Assembly (NCBI GenBank): GCA_965228855.1
Contig: CBDDIJ010000003.1
Coordinates: forward strand, 1,376,001-1,440,000
DNA from: Candidatus Obscuribacterales bacterium
GTDB taxonomy: Bacteria; Cyanobacteriota; Vampirovibrionia; Obscuribacterales; Obscuribacteraceae
Reading direction: 5' to 3'
DNA length: 64,000 bases
In this document: positions 39,610 to 49,575 of the stretch, one piece after another
How positions within the stretch are numbered: the stretch's first letter is position 1
Layout: the number at the start of each line of letters is the position of its first letter
Translations under genes and position numbers: made by a program
Notes under the pieces: generated by a model
Told to the model about the DNA's origin: nothing
The model's database searches: none
Seen by the model: the letters and a program-made list of their open reading frames with translations, nothing else

Positions 39610-40158
39610 TTACGAACCTGGATTGGCGTCGTCAGGATTTTCGATTACAGCTTCGTTTTCATAGATGAAAACCGACTCGGATGTCAGCCCCGGGATTCCA
39701 GGTATGAATGGCATATTGGCAAGCATAGGACGCGGCTTAATCGTGGTTTTGACGCGGACAATCATGTCCTGCCTTCCTTCGCTATCCTTTTGACCAGGCA
39801 CATAGCTGACTTCTGTCTGCGGAAATTCGGTCAGATTGGCAAATTGACCCAGACCGGAAGTCTTCCACTGCTCGGGGATTACCTTCTTCACGTTGCCTGT
39901 AGCGCTTTCGACCTCGTCTCGTTTGCTAACGGCCGCTTCTCGAATTTGGATATTGTTGAGCAAATAGCCGGCACCGTAATTGACAGCCACAGCCATCAAA
40001 AGCAACATCGGAAAAAATGTGGAGACGAACAATACCAGAAGTCCGGGTCCGAATTCGGCAAGCTGACTGCCTTTCCGGCTTCGTGCAGAATACTTGATTC
40101 CTTTTCGTTGCTGTGTGAAAACGACCATTGTCCACATCCCCGTGTGCGCTCGATACAC
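39610..40158 (-). CDS. TadE-like pseudopilin (divergent)
   Basis: RKG|SQLAEFGPGLLVLF prepilin-like motif and IREAA. Start uncertain. Confidence 0.65.
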   Translation of the reverse strand: MYRAHTGMWTMVVFTQQRKGIKYSARSRKGSQLAEFGPGLLVLFVSTFFPMLLLMAVAVNYGAGYLLNNIQIREAAVSKRDEVESATGNVKKVIPEQWKTSGLGQFANLTEFPQTEVSYVPGQKDSEGRQDMIVRVKTTIKPRPMLANMPFIPGIPGLTSESVFIYENEAVIENPDDANPGS

Positions 40159-40247
40159 ATGATACGCCGGAGACGTCGTAATTAGGAGCCACCGGGCAGA
40201 ATAATGAGTGTATTATCGTCTAGCCTATCCAGCCGCGACTTCCTTGC

Positions 40248-41606
40248 ATGAAAAAAACAAAAACAACCTCTTTCCTCCTGGCATCAATGGCGGTGCTCGA
40301 AGTTTTAACATCGTCGTCCTTTGAGGCTAATGCACGTGGTGCCGGCGGAGGCGGCCATCGATTTCCAGGTGGCAGCTATGCGGGAGCGCATTGCGGTTTT
40401 CACAACCATTACGACAATTATGGTCGCTGGGGCGGCAGTAGAATGTACGAGCCCGGCGCCTGGGGTGGCTGGGCCCGTCCCAGGAATCGCTGGTGGAATA
40501 CCGGTTGGGGCGGCTGGTCTGAGCCGTATTATGGCGGACCCGGTGCTGGATACGTACCTGGCAGTCAGCCTGTGGACGAAGAAGGGACGGTCTATCCGGC
40601 AGCCAATTACAATGTCGGAGCCCTGAGTTTAGGAGCATACGCTGGTCACTCCGCATCAGAAACCGTATCGGCTGAGATCAAAAAGAAGCCCGATATCGAG
40701 CCGGTTCGCATGAAAGCGGTTTCAACCAAGTCGGTTTATAAACTGGGACCGGACACTGATGTGCTTGAAACCGGAAACGTTGCGGTGCGTTTGAACGACG
40801 ATAGTTTTTTAATCGTTGATTCAAAGCAAACGTTTGTGGTCGATCAAAAATCAGGTGTGCCGACGATCGCTCTGTATACAGACCCGCTCCTGCTCTGGAA
40901 TCTATCGCACGAATTGAAGCGCCAATCGCTAGGTCTGAAAGCCAGCATGATGAGTAAGATTGCCGCGACGAAAACTTCGAATATCGATAAAAGCAATACG
41001 GGCGAAACAAAATCGACATCGCAAAAGATTTCTGAAACCGTGTCCTCATCATCAAGTTCGAAAGGAACCGAGGTCGAGAACATGAAGTGGATCATCGAGC
41101 AACTTGATAAAGCTCAAGCAAAACTTGGTGATGTCTCCGAGCAGCCACCTGCGAAGAACGCTGATCCGGTGCCTGATTGCGTGGAGTTGTTTGCCAGTGT
41201 CTGGCTGTTGAAAGACGGAAGTTTTATTCTCTATAAACAGCAGGACGGCTCGCTAATTTACCTGAACAGTCACGGCACATACTCGGATCGCGGGAAAACC
41301 GCTCGCAGCGTCGCCTATCCCGACACCTTCGAACTGGCTGTTTACGGCTATCTGAAGACTCTGGTGAACGAATACAAGCCAACTGTTTCGAAATTGACCG
41401 AAGACAAAGAAGATACCGAGTGGGCGTTGTCGAAGCTAAAGGAGATTTCCGATCCCGAAGTGGATCAACTGGAGTCGCAGCGGAGATTGGCTGAGGCTGT
41501 TGCTCGGAGCGAACGAAGACTGGACGTTATCCAGAAGCAAATTCAGGTCATGCCGGATGAGGTGGACGCCGCAAAGAAGGCGCTGGCTGCTCTCGACAAG
41601 AATTGA
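40248..41606 (+). CDS. Exported hypothetical protein with Gly/Trp/Tyr-rich N-terminus and coiled-coil C-terminus
   Basis: 452-aa ORF, signal peptide ending ANA, GW-rich tract. Confidence 0.65.
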   Translation: MKKTKTTSFLLASMAVLEVLTSSSFEANARGAGGGGHRFPGGSYAGAHCGFHNHYDNYGRWGGSRMYEPGAWGGWARPRNRWWNTGWGGWSEPYYGGPGAGYVPGSQPVDEEGTVYPAANYNVGALSLGAYAGHSASETVSAEIKKKPDIEPVRMKAVSTKSVYKLGPDTDVLETGNVAVRLNDDSFLIVDSKQTFVVDQKSGVPTIALYTDPLLLWNLSHELKRQSLGLKASMMSKIAATKTSNIDKSNTGETKSTSQKISETVSSSSSSKGTEVENMKWIIEQLDKAQAKLGDVSEQPPAKNADPVPDCVELFASVWLLKDGSFILYKQQDGSLIYLNSHGTYSDRGKTARSVAYPDTFELAVYGYLKTLVNEYKPTVSKLTEDKEDTEWALSKLKEISDPEVDQLESQRRLAEAVARSERRLDVIQKQIQVMPDEVDAAKKALAALDKN

Positions 41607-41713
41607 ACCGGCGGCTGTTAAATTAAACAAAACGGCGGGATTAAGGTAGCGCTCGTGGGAAACCTTATAATAGGCGACTGGCGACCTGACTACACCTGGC
41701 TGGAGAGTCTGAC

Positions 41714-42370
41714 ATGACGGAGATTACTGAGACAACGTGGGAAGAGTTTGTTCTCAAGGCTCAAAGGGCTGCTGAAGATGGTGACTATAAGGCTGCTGAG
41801 GGTTTTCTCAATGACGCGAAAGTCCTCTCCGAAGGTTTGGCTGACAACGATAAACGCCGTTTTTTGATTCTCGAGATGCTGGCGGACTTGATGGAGCGCG
41901 AAGAGCGAACCGACGACGCAGAGAAGTATCTGCTGGCAGCCGTGGAATGTCGGAAGACTCGATACGGCCCTTTTCACTACCGATATGCTGAGGGAGTGCA
42001 GCGTCTCTCGTCGTTCTACTTCGAGAATGACAGATTCGAAGAGTCGGAAAAACTGACACGCGATGTTCTAAAAATCATGGAAAAAGCTTACGGTCCGACC
42101 AGCGAAGAGGTCGGGCACATTGCCGGACAGTTGGCTGACACAATTCACGAACTCGGCAACCACCAGGATGCCGAGGAGCTTTATAAGCGCGCTATCGGAA
42201 TCAGGCGTCACGCTTCCGGTTCGACAGATTCGGAATCAGTGTATCTGATTCAACGCTATGCAGCCCTGCTGGAAGAAACCGGTCGTGCAGACGAAGCGGC
42301 GCATATGCGTGCTTCCGCGCAGGGTAAGATCTCCGGCATCCTCAGAAAGTTAAAGCCTGCCGGAGACTAG
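41714..42370 (+). CDS. TPR-repeat protein (kinesin-light-chain type)
   Basis: GGAG SD; IMEKAYGP and AEELYKRAIGIR repeats. Confidence 0.8.
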   Translation: MTEITETTWEEFVLKAQRAAEDGDYKAAEGFLNDAKVLSEGLADNDKRRFLILEMLADLMEREERTDDAEKYLLAAVECRKTRYGPFHYRYAEGVQRLSSFYFENDRFEESEKLTRDVLKIMEKAYGPTSEEVGHIAGQLADTIHELGNHQDAEELYKRAIGIRRHASGSTDSESVYLIQRYAALLEETGRADEAAHMRASAQGKISGILRKLKPAGD

Positions 42371-42396
42371 CTTACAATCCGCTGTCTAGTGTGGTG

Positions 42397-42867
42397 TTAA
42401 ACAGCAACCGGCATCGCAAATGGTGCAGGCACGTCTTGCTTCTCTTTCACAGTGGAACACATTTCTGTTGCGTTAACGTGCCGAAAATGTCCGGCTCCGA
42501 AATGCTTCAGTTGTTGTGACTCGTAGTATTCAAGCATGATCTGAGCTTCTTTCTGTTTATCCAAAGTGAGATAAAACATTCCGAGCTGTATTGCCGCTTG
42601 CGCAGCATTCAAATTTAGACCGAGCGATCTGAATATTCTGATCGACTCTGCGAAGTAGAATTCCGTATCTTGAATGTTGTTTAAACGAAAGTGGCAGCGA
42701 CCAAGAATATCGGCGACTGCTGCGGCTTTGCAGCGGTCAGCCGGGTTCGAGCTGTTCTTTTTTTCATTGAAATAATTCGAGAGCCGGTCGGCGGCTAAAC
42801 GTTTTTCAAATTCGGTTTCTGCTTTGGAATAGTAACTGTAGTGCTCATAGAGTTCTGATGTAGGCAT
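42397..42867 (-). CDS. Short TPR-like protein
   Basis: AGGAG SD before ATG 42867; LGRCHFRLN and LGMFYLTL helices. Confidence 0.6.
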   Translation of the reverse strand: MPTSELYEHYSYYSKAETEFEKRLAADRLSNYFNEKKNSSNPADRCKAAAVADILGRCHFRLNNIQDTEFYFAESIRIFRSLGLNLNAAQAAIQLGMFYLTLDKQKEAQIMLEYYESQQLKHFGAGHFRHVNATEMCSTVKEKQDVPAPFAMPVAV

Positions 42868-43284
42868 CGGTGCAGCTCCTGCTGAGTTAGACAAGAAGGC
42901 TGCTACAAGTTGGATTATGCCGAAGGCATAATCTTGTTTAGTAGCACAACGAAGGAAACATCGGGCATGGCATGATGCCACATACGGTGCTTCAGTACAT
43001 CACAGATGGCTGGCGCCATATGTGGTGCGTTGTAACCGAGCAAAACCGCGATTGCGGTTTATGTATCTAGTAATTGTTTCTGATTTAGGGGATGGGGCTC
43101 GGTGCCGCAGCGAAGGGATCTATCGACGGCAACTCAAATCCTAGGGGAAGTCAGGCTTGATGTCAAGTGAAATCACGTCCGCACAGTCGCGGCTTTCGCC
43201 TACCCATCCAGTGTTTGTAGCCAAAACTGTACAATGTGAAAGTCGGCTATGCTTTGCACGGGCTGACATTCGGAGGATTCAAAC

Positions 43285-44217
43285 TTGCCAATTTCTTTCC
43301 AGTCTCAACGTGTCAGTTTCCTCTCGTCGTTTTTTGTTCTCTGCGTTTTCTGTGCTCCGGCCAGCGCGCTTGAAGATTTTCAGAGTGCCACCAAATCCGG
43401 TCTTGCGGCGATGGACAACGGACAGTATGGAGAAGCCGAAAAACAGTTCAAGAAGGCTTTGCTTTATTCCGGTTCCGGTCCTAAGTATGGCGATTACTCG
43501 ACAGGACTTTTGAATCTCGGCAATCTTTTTGCTAAACAAAAACAATTCAGCATGGCCGAGAATTATTACCATGAGGCCCTTCAAAATTACCAGAAAGCAT
43601 TTGGTCCCAGCAGCATGGAGGGCGCAAATGTCGACGAGGCGCTCGGCGATATGTATCGCAAAGCGGGGAAATTCGAAGCCGCGATTCCGCACTATCAGAA
43701 AGCTAAAGCAGTCCGCACGAATAGTGCGAAAGACCATCCCCTGTTGGCGGAGACTCTCGCTGGATTGGCAGAGTGCAAAGCCAAGACTGGTAAGAAGGAT
43801 GAAGCGATCCAACTCATGCAGAATGTCGTGTCAATCCGCGAAAAGGCTTTTGGTAGATTGAACGGAAAGGTCCTGCAAAGCAGATATGCGCTAGCACGTC
43901 TTTATGACGATATGAATAAACAAGACCTTGCAATGGCAGCTTACGAGAGGTTGATCGCGGACGCGACAAATAACGTTCAAAAAGCTTGTCCTTCGATGGA
44001 ACGTCTGGCTGTGCTGTATTCCATCAATGGTCGATATGGGGAAGCTGACGAGATGTTTAAAAAACTGCTGGCGTTGCGCGAACAACGTCCGGGAAAAGCT
44101 AATGCCGATTTGAATCAATGCGTGAAACTCTATTCGGAGTTTTTAACGAAACGCAAACGGCCGGCCGAAGCAAAAGCGCTCGAATCGCGCTTTGCCGCAA
44201 AGAAGACTGCAAAATAG
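43285..44217 (+). CDS. Exported TPR-repeat protein
   Basis: Signal peptide ending ASA; multiple 42-aa TPR units (LLNLGNLF, IREKAFG). Confidence 0.8.
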   Translation: MPISFQSQRVSFLSSFFVLCVFCAPASALEDFQSATKSGLAAMDNGQYGEAEKQFKKALLYSGSGPKYGDYSTGLLNLGNLFAKQKQFSMAENYYHEALQNYQKAFGPSSMEGANVDEALGDMYRKAGKFEAAIPHYQKAKAVRTNSAKDHPLLAETLAGLAECKAKTGKKDEAIQLMQNVVSIREKAFGRLNGKVLQSRYALARLYDDMNKQDLAMAAYERLIADATNNVQKACPSMERLAVLYSINGRYGEADEMFKKLLALREQRPGKANADLNQCVKLYSEFLTKRKRPAEAKALESRFAAKKTAK

Positions 44218-44228
44218 TTTTCCTGGAT

Positions 44229-44861
44229 TTAGTGACCTTTCATCAAGAAAAATGCAGCACCAGCAATGATCAATAAAACGATCACGATCATGGCAAGATT
44301 CGTCACCGCTCTCGATTCGATTTCTTTGGAATCGGTCACCAATCGCTTCATCGAACGAACATCCGTTGCCGGTCCTGAATCGATGCTCGCTAATGCCTTC
44401 TCCTTTTCCTTCTCTGCCTTCTGGTGCTCCAGCATCTCTCGCATTTTGACGCGATCTGCTTCGAGCTTCTCTCTGGCTTCCTGTTGAGCGATTGCCCTCG
44501 TTTTAATTCTATTCACAACGTCAGGCAACTGGTCATTCCAGGTTTGAGCATCCAGAAAGTCTACTGCGCCCATCTGCATTGAGGTTTTAACCAGAGAGGC
44601 GTCCAGGTTCTCGTTACTCACCAGGCAATAAACATCGGGAAATTGCTCCTTGAGACCGCCGAGCAGTTTAATCCCCTGCTCCGGTGCCGGTGTCAGGTCA
44701 ATCCACACCAGTGACGGATTGGTTTCTCTAATCTTTTCAACTGTTTGGTTCATCGTCGCGCTGCCTGCGAGCGATAAGTCTGCATTAGACGCCACCAGGG
44801 CTTCAATTTGGGAAAGCTTATCCGCGCCTGCTTCGCAGACTACAAGTGTTTGTAGGGTCAA
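44229..44861 (-). CDS. Atypical receiver domain (CpaE/TadZ N-terminal-like) with coiled coil and C-terminal TM
   Basis: PSLVWIDL and SMQMGAVDFL; GGAG before TTG 44861; hydrophobic C-terminus. Confidence 0.65.
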   Translation of the reverse strand: MTLQTLVVCEAGADKLSQIEALVASNADLSLAGSATMNQTVEKIRETNPSLVWIDLTPAPEQGIKLLGGLKEQFPDVYCLVSNENLDASLVKTSMQMGAVDFLDAQTWNDQLPDVVNRIKTRAIAQQEAREKLEADRVKMREMLEHQKAEKEKEKALASIDSGPATDVRSMKRLVTDSKEIESRAVTNLAMIVIVLLIIAGAAFFLMKGH

Positions 44862-44980
44862 TGTGCGTACTCCAGGAGGTCCCAATCAATTTTATATCAT
44901 CCTGAACTCTTGATACGAGGCTTTCAACTAAAGATCCGACGATCACCCGGGGTACAATCTTTTGCAGAAGGATTCCGAAT

Positions 44981-46879
44981 TTGTACGAACAGAAGACCAT
45001 AAACAAGGAATTCATCGATGAAGTTATCGATGTTTTGCGCGAAGGGCGAAAGCTCAGGCGTCGTCTGCCCTCGTGGGGACAAATCCTGATCGAGCAGCAG
45101 TTGCCGTATCTCTGTGTTTATCGCCAGCCGCCCTCGAACGAGGACTGGGGGACGGATCAGTTGGCGACTAGCACGGCAGCTTTTCTGGTGACTTCTTCCA
45201 AGAAAAAGGACTACGAAGGGGTCAGCACTCTCGTCAGCAAGGTTGCTCAAGAGCTCACTGCATGTTTCGGAACGTTTCTAATCGTTGAAATCTGGAGCGG
45301 TCCAGAGGTTGAAACGACCGATCACAAACCGCTGGCAGACCCCTCCTTCAAAATCCAGTATCTCAAAGGTCAGCCGATTGGCTCATATCTTCAAGTTCTA
45401 TCTAAACAGTTATCGCAATCGAAGATTGACGACCAACCTGTCAAGGTTACTGTGGCACCAGTTGAAAAGGTCGGTCCGCCTGGCATGCGTCCGCTCGTTC
45501 AATCAGCTAAGGCGCTGGAAGCAGGGATTCACGTCATTGGAATCGAGGTCGCACCAATTTACCGCAATGGCGACAATAAGACATTTCCCGCCATCCTGAA
45601 GGAAGTCGAAGCCCGTGTAACAACTGTGCTTGAGAAAACGTTCTTCGAGTTTTTAAAGAAGGAAACGACCATTTGCCCGCCAAATTATATGGCTCTGGGG
45701 CGACGCAGCATCGTTCATTCCGTCTGGCAAATCGACCGGATAATTGCTGAGGTCGGCAATATCGTGGACTTTCTATTACTGGTCACGCCAACCAACTCAG
45801 ATGAGGCTTTTGCTGAGTTCAAGCGCAAGCAGTTTCAAAAAATGCCGAACTTCGTCTATCACCCGGCTCCTTTCGATCCAGTGACTTTGAAACGACAGCT
45901 GTATAAAGCGCCGGTTGAGCGTATTGAAGACCCTACCCTGGCGCAGCTCTTCCGCGACCAACAGTTGGACATAGACAGTCGAATCACAATGGTTGCTGAA
46001 CGTGGAAAAAAGCGTTTCCTATACTCAAGTTTGCAATTGTATGATGGCCCAAGTCCGGAGCTGGTCAAGCTTGCCGACCAGATCTTGAGAGAACTGCCCG
46101 AGCGAAGTAAAGGCGAATCAGTATCAAAGGTTTTGACAGCTGAAGAGTTTGCGCAGCGAGCCGAGACGGAACTCGCGTTCTACCGCTCACAGTGCCCGGA
46201 TCTCGCAAGTAGAGTCGAGGTGCGTGACGATGTCCCCGGTGTACTAGTATCGCAGGGAAACCTCTTAATCGGTCGAGAGCGAAAAATCTTTGAAGGCAGA
46301 GCCGAGGCGCTTCTCAGTCACGAAGTAGGAACGCACATTTTGACAAACTACAACGGTCACCTGCAACCTTTTAAACAGTTAAGTGCGGGCTTGCCGGGAT
46401 ACGATCAACTTCAGGAGTCGCTTGCTGTGCTCGCCGAGTACCTGGTTGGCGGCTTAAGCAATCGCAGAATGAGAACACTCGCTGCGCGCGTCATGGCTGT
46501 AAGTTGGTTGATCGACGGAGCGGATTTTATTGAAACTTTCAGACGGCTAACCACGGAATACGGCTTCCATGCCGACATTGCGTTTCCGATCACGATGCGC
46601 GTCTATCGTTCTGGTGGTTTCACAAAAGACGTTGTCTACCTCCGCGGACTTGTCGATCTCCTCAAAGAAATGAAGAACGGTCTTCAACTAGACTTACTGT
46701 TCATGGGCAAGTTCGGCATCGAACATTTACCAATCGTCCGCGAACTGATGTACAGAAAAATTTTGGTTCCCGCCAAAATGCGCCCATACTATTTAGAAAT
46801 TCCCGCTGCGCAAAAGCGTCTTGAGCGTGTTCGAAAAGGGCTTACCGTCCTCGATCTCGTAAAGGGACAAGCACAGTAG
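44981..46879 (+). CDS. DUF1704 (QEGLA-motif) zinc carboxypeptidase-like protein
   Basis: HEVGTH, NG..QP, LQESLAVLAEY and RVYRSGGFTKD..YLRG motifs. Confidence 0.85.
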   Translation: MYEQKTINKEFIDEVIDVLREGRKLRRRLPSWGQILIEQQLPYLCVYRQPPSNEDWGTDQLATSTAAFLVTSSKKKDYEGVSTLVSKVAQELTACFGTFLIVEIWSGPEVETTDHKPLADPSFKIQYLKGQPIGSYLQVLSKQLSQSKIDDQPVKVTVAPVEKVGPPGMRPLVQSAKALEAGIHVIGIEVAPIYRNGDNKTFPAILKEVEARVTTVLEKTFFEFLKKETTICPPNYMALGRRSIVHSVWQIDRIIAEVGNIVDFLLLVTPTNSDEAFAEFKRKQFQKMPNFVYHPAPFDPVTLKRQLYKAPVERIEDPTLAQLFRDQQLDIDSRITMVAERGKKRFLYSSLQLYDGPSPELVKLADQILRELPERSKGESVSKVLTAEEFAQRAETELAFYRSQCPDLASRVEVRDDVPGVLVSQGNLLIGRERKIFEGRAEALLSHEVGTHILTNYNGHLQPFKQLSAGLPGYDQLQESLAVLAEYLVGGLSNRRMRTLAARVMAVSWLIDGADFIETFRRLTTEYGFHADIAFPITMRVYRSGGFTKDVVYLRGLVDLLKEMKNGLQLDLLFMGKFGIEHLPIVRELMYRKILVPAKMRPYYLEIPAAQKRLERVRKGLTVLDLVKGQAQ

Positions 46880-46882
46880 TTT

Positions 46883-48298
46883 CTAATCGTCGAATTCGAT
46901 GGTGCGAGGGAGGAAGACGTCTTTAAACTTTGCGGTTTCTAAGTCGGCTTGCGCGTTGCCCTCTTGTTTCATTTTGTGGAAACAGTAGGCGCGGGCGAGG
47001 TAATAGTCGGCAACGTTTGGATTGTCCACAATAACGCCTTTCAGCTCTTGCATTGCGCTTCCCCAGCGACCTAACTGGATTTGAATTTTTGCCTTCTTGT
47101 AAGCAAAGTCAGGATTACTTTTGTGAGTGGCCAGAGCCTGGCAGGCAAATTCGTATGCTTTGCGTGGGTCTGCTTCGTTTGAGAAATACTGAACGTTCAG
47201 CTTCAGCACCGCATCCGGTGCCGGCAGTTTTTGCGCATATTCGGATGGTGGTCGTTGACCGCTGCCTGGTGTTTTCATTGCCACCATGGAGGTGACTGAC
47301 GCTGCCGGATGTGCTGAGCTTGCTCCGGAGCTAGCCGCTGAACTCGTACTGTCCGGTTCCAGATCAAAGACTATCGATTGAGGAATCGGCGAGGCGCTTG
47401 TCGGTTTTACCGCGAGAATCAACTCTTCGCCTTCCCATTTGCTTTTAAGAACGGGACTCTGGCGGTTCCCAGGATAATCTTGTCGAACTTCGTCCTGAAC
47501 GAGTTCATTGATTCGGCCAAAAGCATCCTCAATGGTTGTGTTTTGCCCTTTTGAACGCAGACCTTCCAGCAGGTTCCGCGTGAACACGCCGTTGTTATAT
47601 CGCTTCGATTCCCATGATTGTTGATCCGGTTCGCTTGAGCAAATTACCATCTGACCGTTTCCAATCGCGAGGGTGTCGGTGTCAAAATTACCGACTCTCG
47701 TGATGCCCTTGGAGTGCGGCGAAACACCGCCACTGTGACAAGCGTCCAACACAAGAAGAACTCGTTTCGCATCTACACGCTCTTTCAAGTCTCTGGTCAT
47801 TGACTGCATCTCGATGCCGGTCGCGAATAGTTCCGTAGGCTCTGTATCGTAAGCGACGATGAAATTCTTGCCCATCTTGTCCAATTGCGATGGACTGCCG
47901 TGGGTGGAGAAGAAAAGAACGATCATGTCGTCAGGTCGCGCCACTCGCCCCAAAAACATATTGTCCAATTCCGACAGGATTCGCCGTCTGGTCGCTTTCT
48001 CGTCGAGAATCAGACGAACGTGATCGGGCGCAAAATTCGCCTCTTTTACAAGATAATCGTAGAAATCACGAGCGTCCTTTGACGCAAATTTGAGTGCGGG
48101 TATTTCCGGATTGGCAAATTTACTGACTCCCACTACGATGGCCCATTTGTCATGGACAGGTTTATTCACCGTTGTCGACTGAGTCGCCGGTGTCTGTGCC
48201 TGAACGGGAGCCGGAACCGTCTGAGCGCGCACAGGCATCTGACCTGTTACTAACGCGGCGCACATTATCGCTATAGATGCAATTGTCGCTTTCATCAT
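46883..48298 (-). CDS. Exported caspase-like (peptidase C14) protein with C-terminal TPR
   Basis: KWAIVVG, FFSTHGS and LDACHSG (His/Cys dyad), GVFT..L, Q.P; signal peptide. Confidence 0.88.
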   Translation of the reverse strand: MMKATIASIAIMCAALVTGQMPVRAQTVPAPVQAQTPATQSTTVNKPVHDKWAIVVGVSKFANPEIPALKFASKDARDFYDYLVKEANFAPDHVRLILDEKATRRRILSELDNMFLGRVARPDDMIVLFFSTHGSPSQLDKMGKNFIVAYDTEPTELFATGIEMQSMTRDLKERVDAKRVLLVLDACHSGGVSPHSKGITRVGNFDTDTLAIGNGQMVICSSEPDQQSWESKRYNNGVFTRNLLEGLRSKGQNTTIEDAFGRINELVQDEVRQDYPGNRQSPVLKSKWEGEELILAVKPTSASPIPQSIVFDLEPDSTSSAASSGASSAHPAASVTSMVAMKTPGSGQRPPSEYAQKLPAPDAVLKLNVQYFSNEADPRKAYEFACQALATHKSNPDFAYKKAKIQIQLGRWGSAMQELKGVIVDNPNVADYYLARAYCFHKMKQEGNAQADLETAKFKDVFLPRTIEFDD

Positions 48299-48485
48299 TC
48301 CTTGCACTCGTGGAAGAGTCTGTGTTGCCTCTCGAATACAATTTGCCACTTGCGGAGCAAATTATCGCTTCAACCCGGATCTTTGATATATCTGACCTGA
48401 CCGGCTGAAATATTAGGCTGACTTTTAGTTTCGAGACTCTTTCCGTAGCTTCTTCCGATACGACATTGTCGCAGATCGACAACGT

Positions 48486-49421
48486 TTAGAGAGAAAAGAC
48501 CGCTTTGAAAAGATTCGCAGGCTGGTTCTGGTTGTCCGTGTCGGAAACGAGCAACAGCTCCAGCTCTTTACCTTCAATTCTGACCGAAACTCCCTCGAGC
48601 TTCTCGTGACCGAAAAATCGCTCCATCTTTTCGACTTCGCCAACTCTATTCAATATCCCGACAGCTGAGCCGAATGAGGCGCCGTCGTCAAATGCATTGG
48701 TAGAGTCTTCCGATGTTGCGAGAAACAGTGTGCGCCGATCCGGAAGTTGAACCGCATCAGTGAATTGAAGCGGCACATCTGCGATCGCACCTAGCTCATA
48801 CTCAGTCGTGTTAACGATGAAATCCGGCCTTATTGAGTGGGTGTCATGGAGGTCTTTGAGAAACTGTTTCGCGTTGGTTTCTATCACCGCGCTCTTAGAT
48901 TTGTCTTTTGAGCCCCGGTGGAAAAGTTTGACAGTTTCAGCTGTTACAACTACTCCTTCAACATTCAACTCCTCCACCAGGTCGGTTAGGGTTTGTCTGA
49001 TTGCGGTGAAGTCAATCGGCAATACCTGATCGGTCGGGCGCCTGTTTTCATCGAGCAGAAGCAGCATCCCGTTTACTCTGGTCTTGCGTGACATTGACGG
49101 CACCACCAGTAGTGCGCCGTTTGAAGCGTATTCGTAAGGTTCGATATAAGTGATTGACTCGAGATCCGGTTTAGCTTTCTTGCGCTGGTCGTAGTCGAGT
49201 GGTAATGAGCCGGACGCCAATCGGAGCCACTTTCCGGGCTCGGTGCTTTTTTCGTTAAAAATCGCCAGGTGCAACTCGTCATCCGCAACGATGTACAGCT
49301 GGTCATCGATACGCGCTAAGCCGCTCGCCGCATAAATATACTTTGGTCTGGAACTTGCTGTCGGCTCGATTTCCAGTTGCCGAAGCTTCTTGAGTTGGAT
49401 TGTCTCTTTCAGTTCGCTCAT
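48486..49421 (-). CDS. Beta-propeller-like protein (DUF6929/DUF3616-like)
   Basis: AASGL, LYIVADD, KKAKPDLES, LNVEG, KLEG and LVSDTD motifs. Confidence 0.65.
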   Translation of the reverse strand: MSELKETIQLKKLRQLEIEPTASSRPKYIYAASGLARIDDQLYIVADDELHLAIFNEKSTEPGKWLRLASGSLPLDYDQRKKAKPDLESITYIEPYEYASNGALLVVPSMSRKTRVNGMLLLLDENRRPTDQVLPIDFTAIRQTLTDLVEELNVEGVVVTAETVKLFHRGSKDKSKSAVIETNAKQFLKDLHDTHSIRPDFIVNTTEYELGAIADVPLQFTDAVQLPDRRTLFLATSEDSTNAFDDGASFGSAVGILNRVGEVEKMERFFGHEKLEGVSVRIEGKELELLLVSDTDNQNQPANLFKAVFSL

Positions 49422-49575
49422 CGGCAAATTATACCGCCGCATTATCTTCTGGTTTGACGGCAATGGAACAAAAGCGAAAGAAACCGGCAGGCAAAGTCCG
49501 AAAAAATGAACACGATCACGCGATACATTGATAGACTAGTCAAACTTCGTTCGGAAGAAACTCTTGGAGACGTCT

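Noticed and set aside
39595..40185. 196-aa + strand ORF
   Set aside because: Antisense to the TadE-like gene, which has the meaningful prepilin motif.
43043..43145. Hairpins in the divergent intergenic region between TPR genes
   Set aside because: One short perfect stem and one loose long stem; no recognisable motif and plausible by chance.
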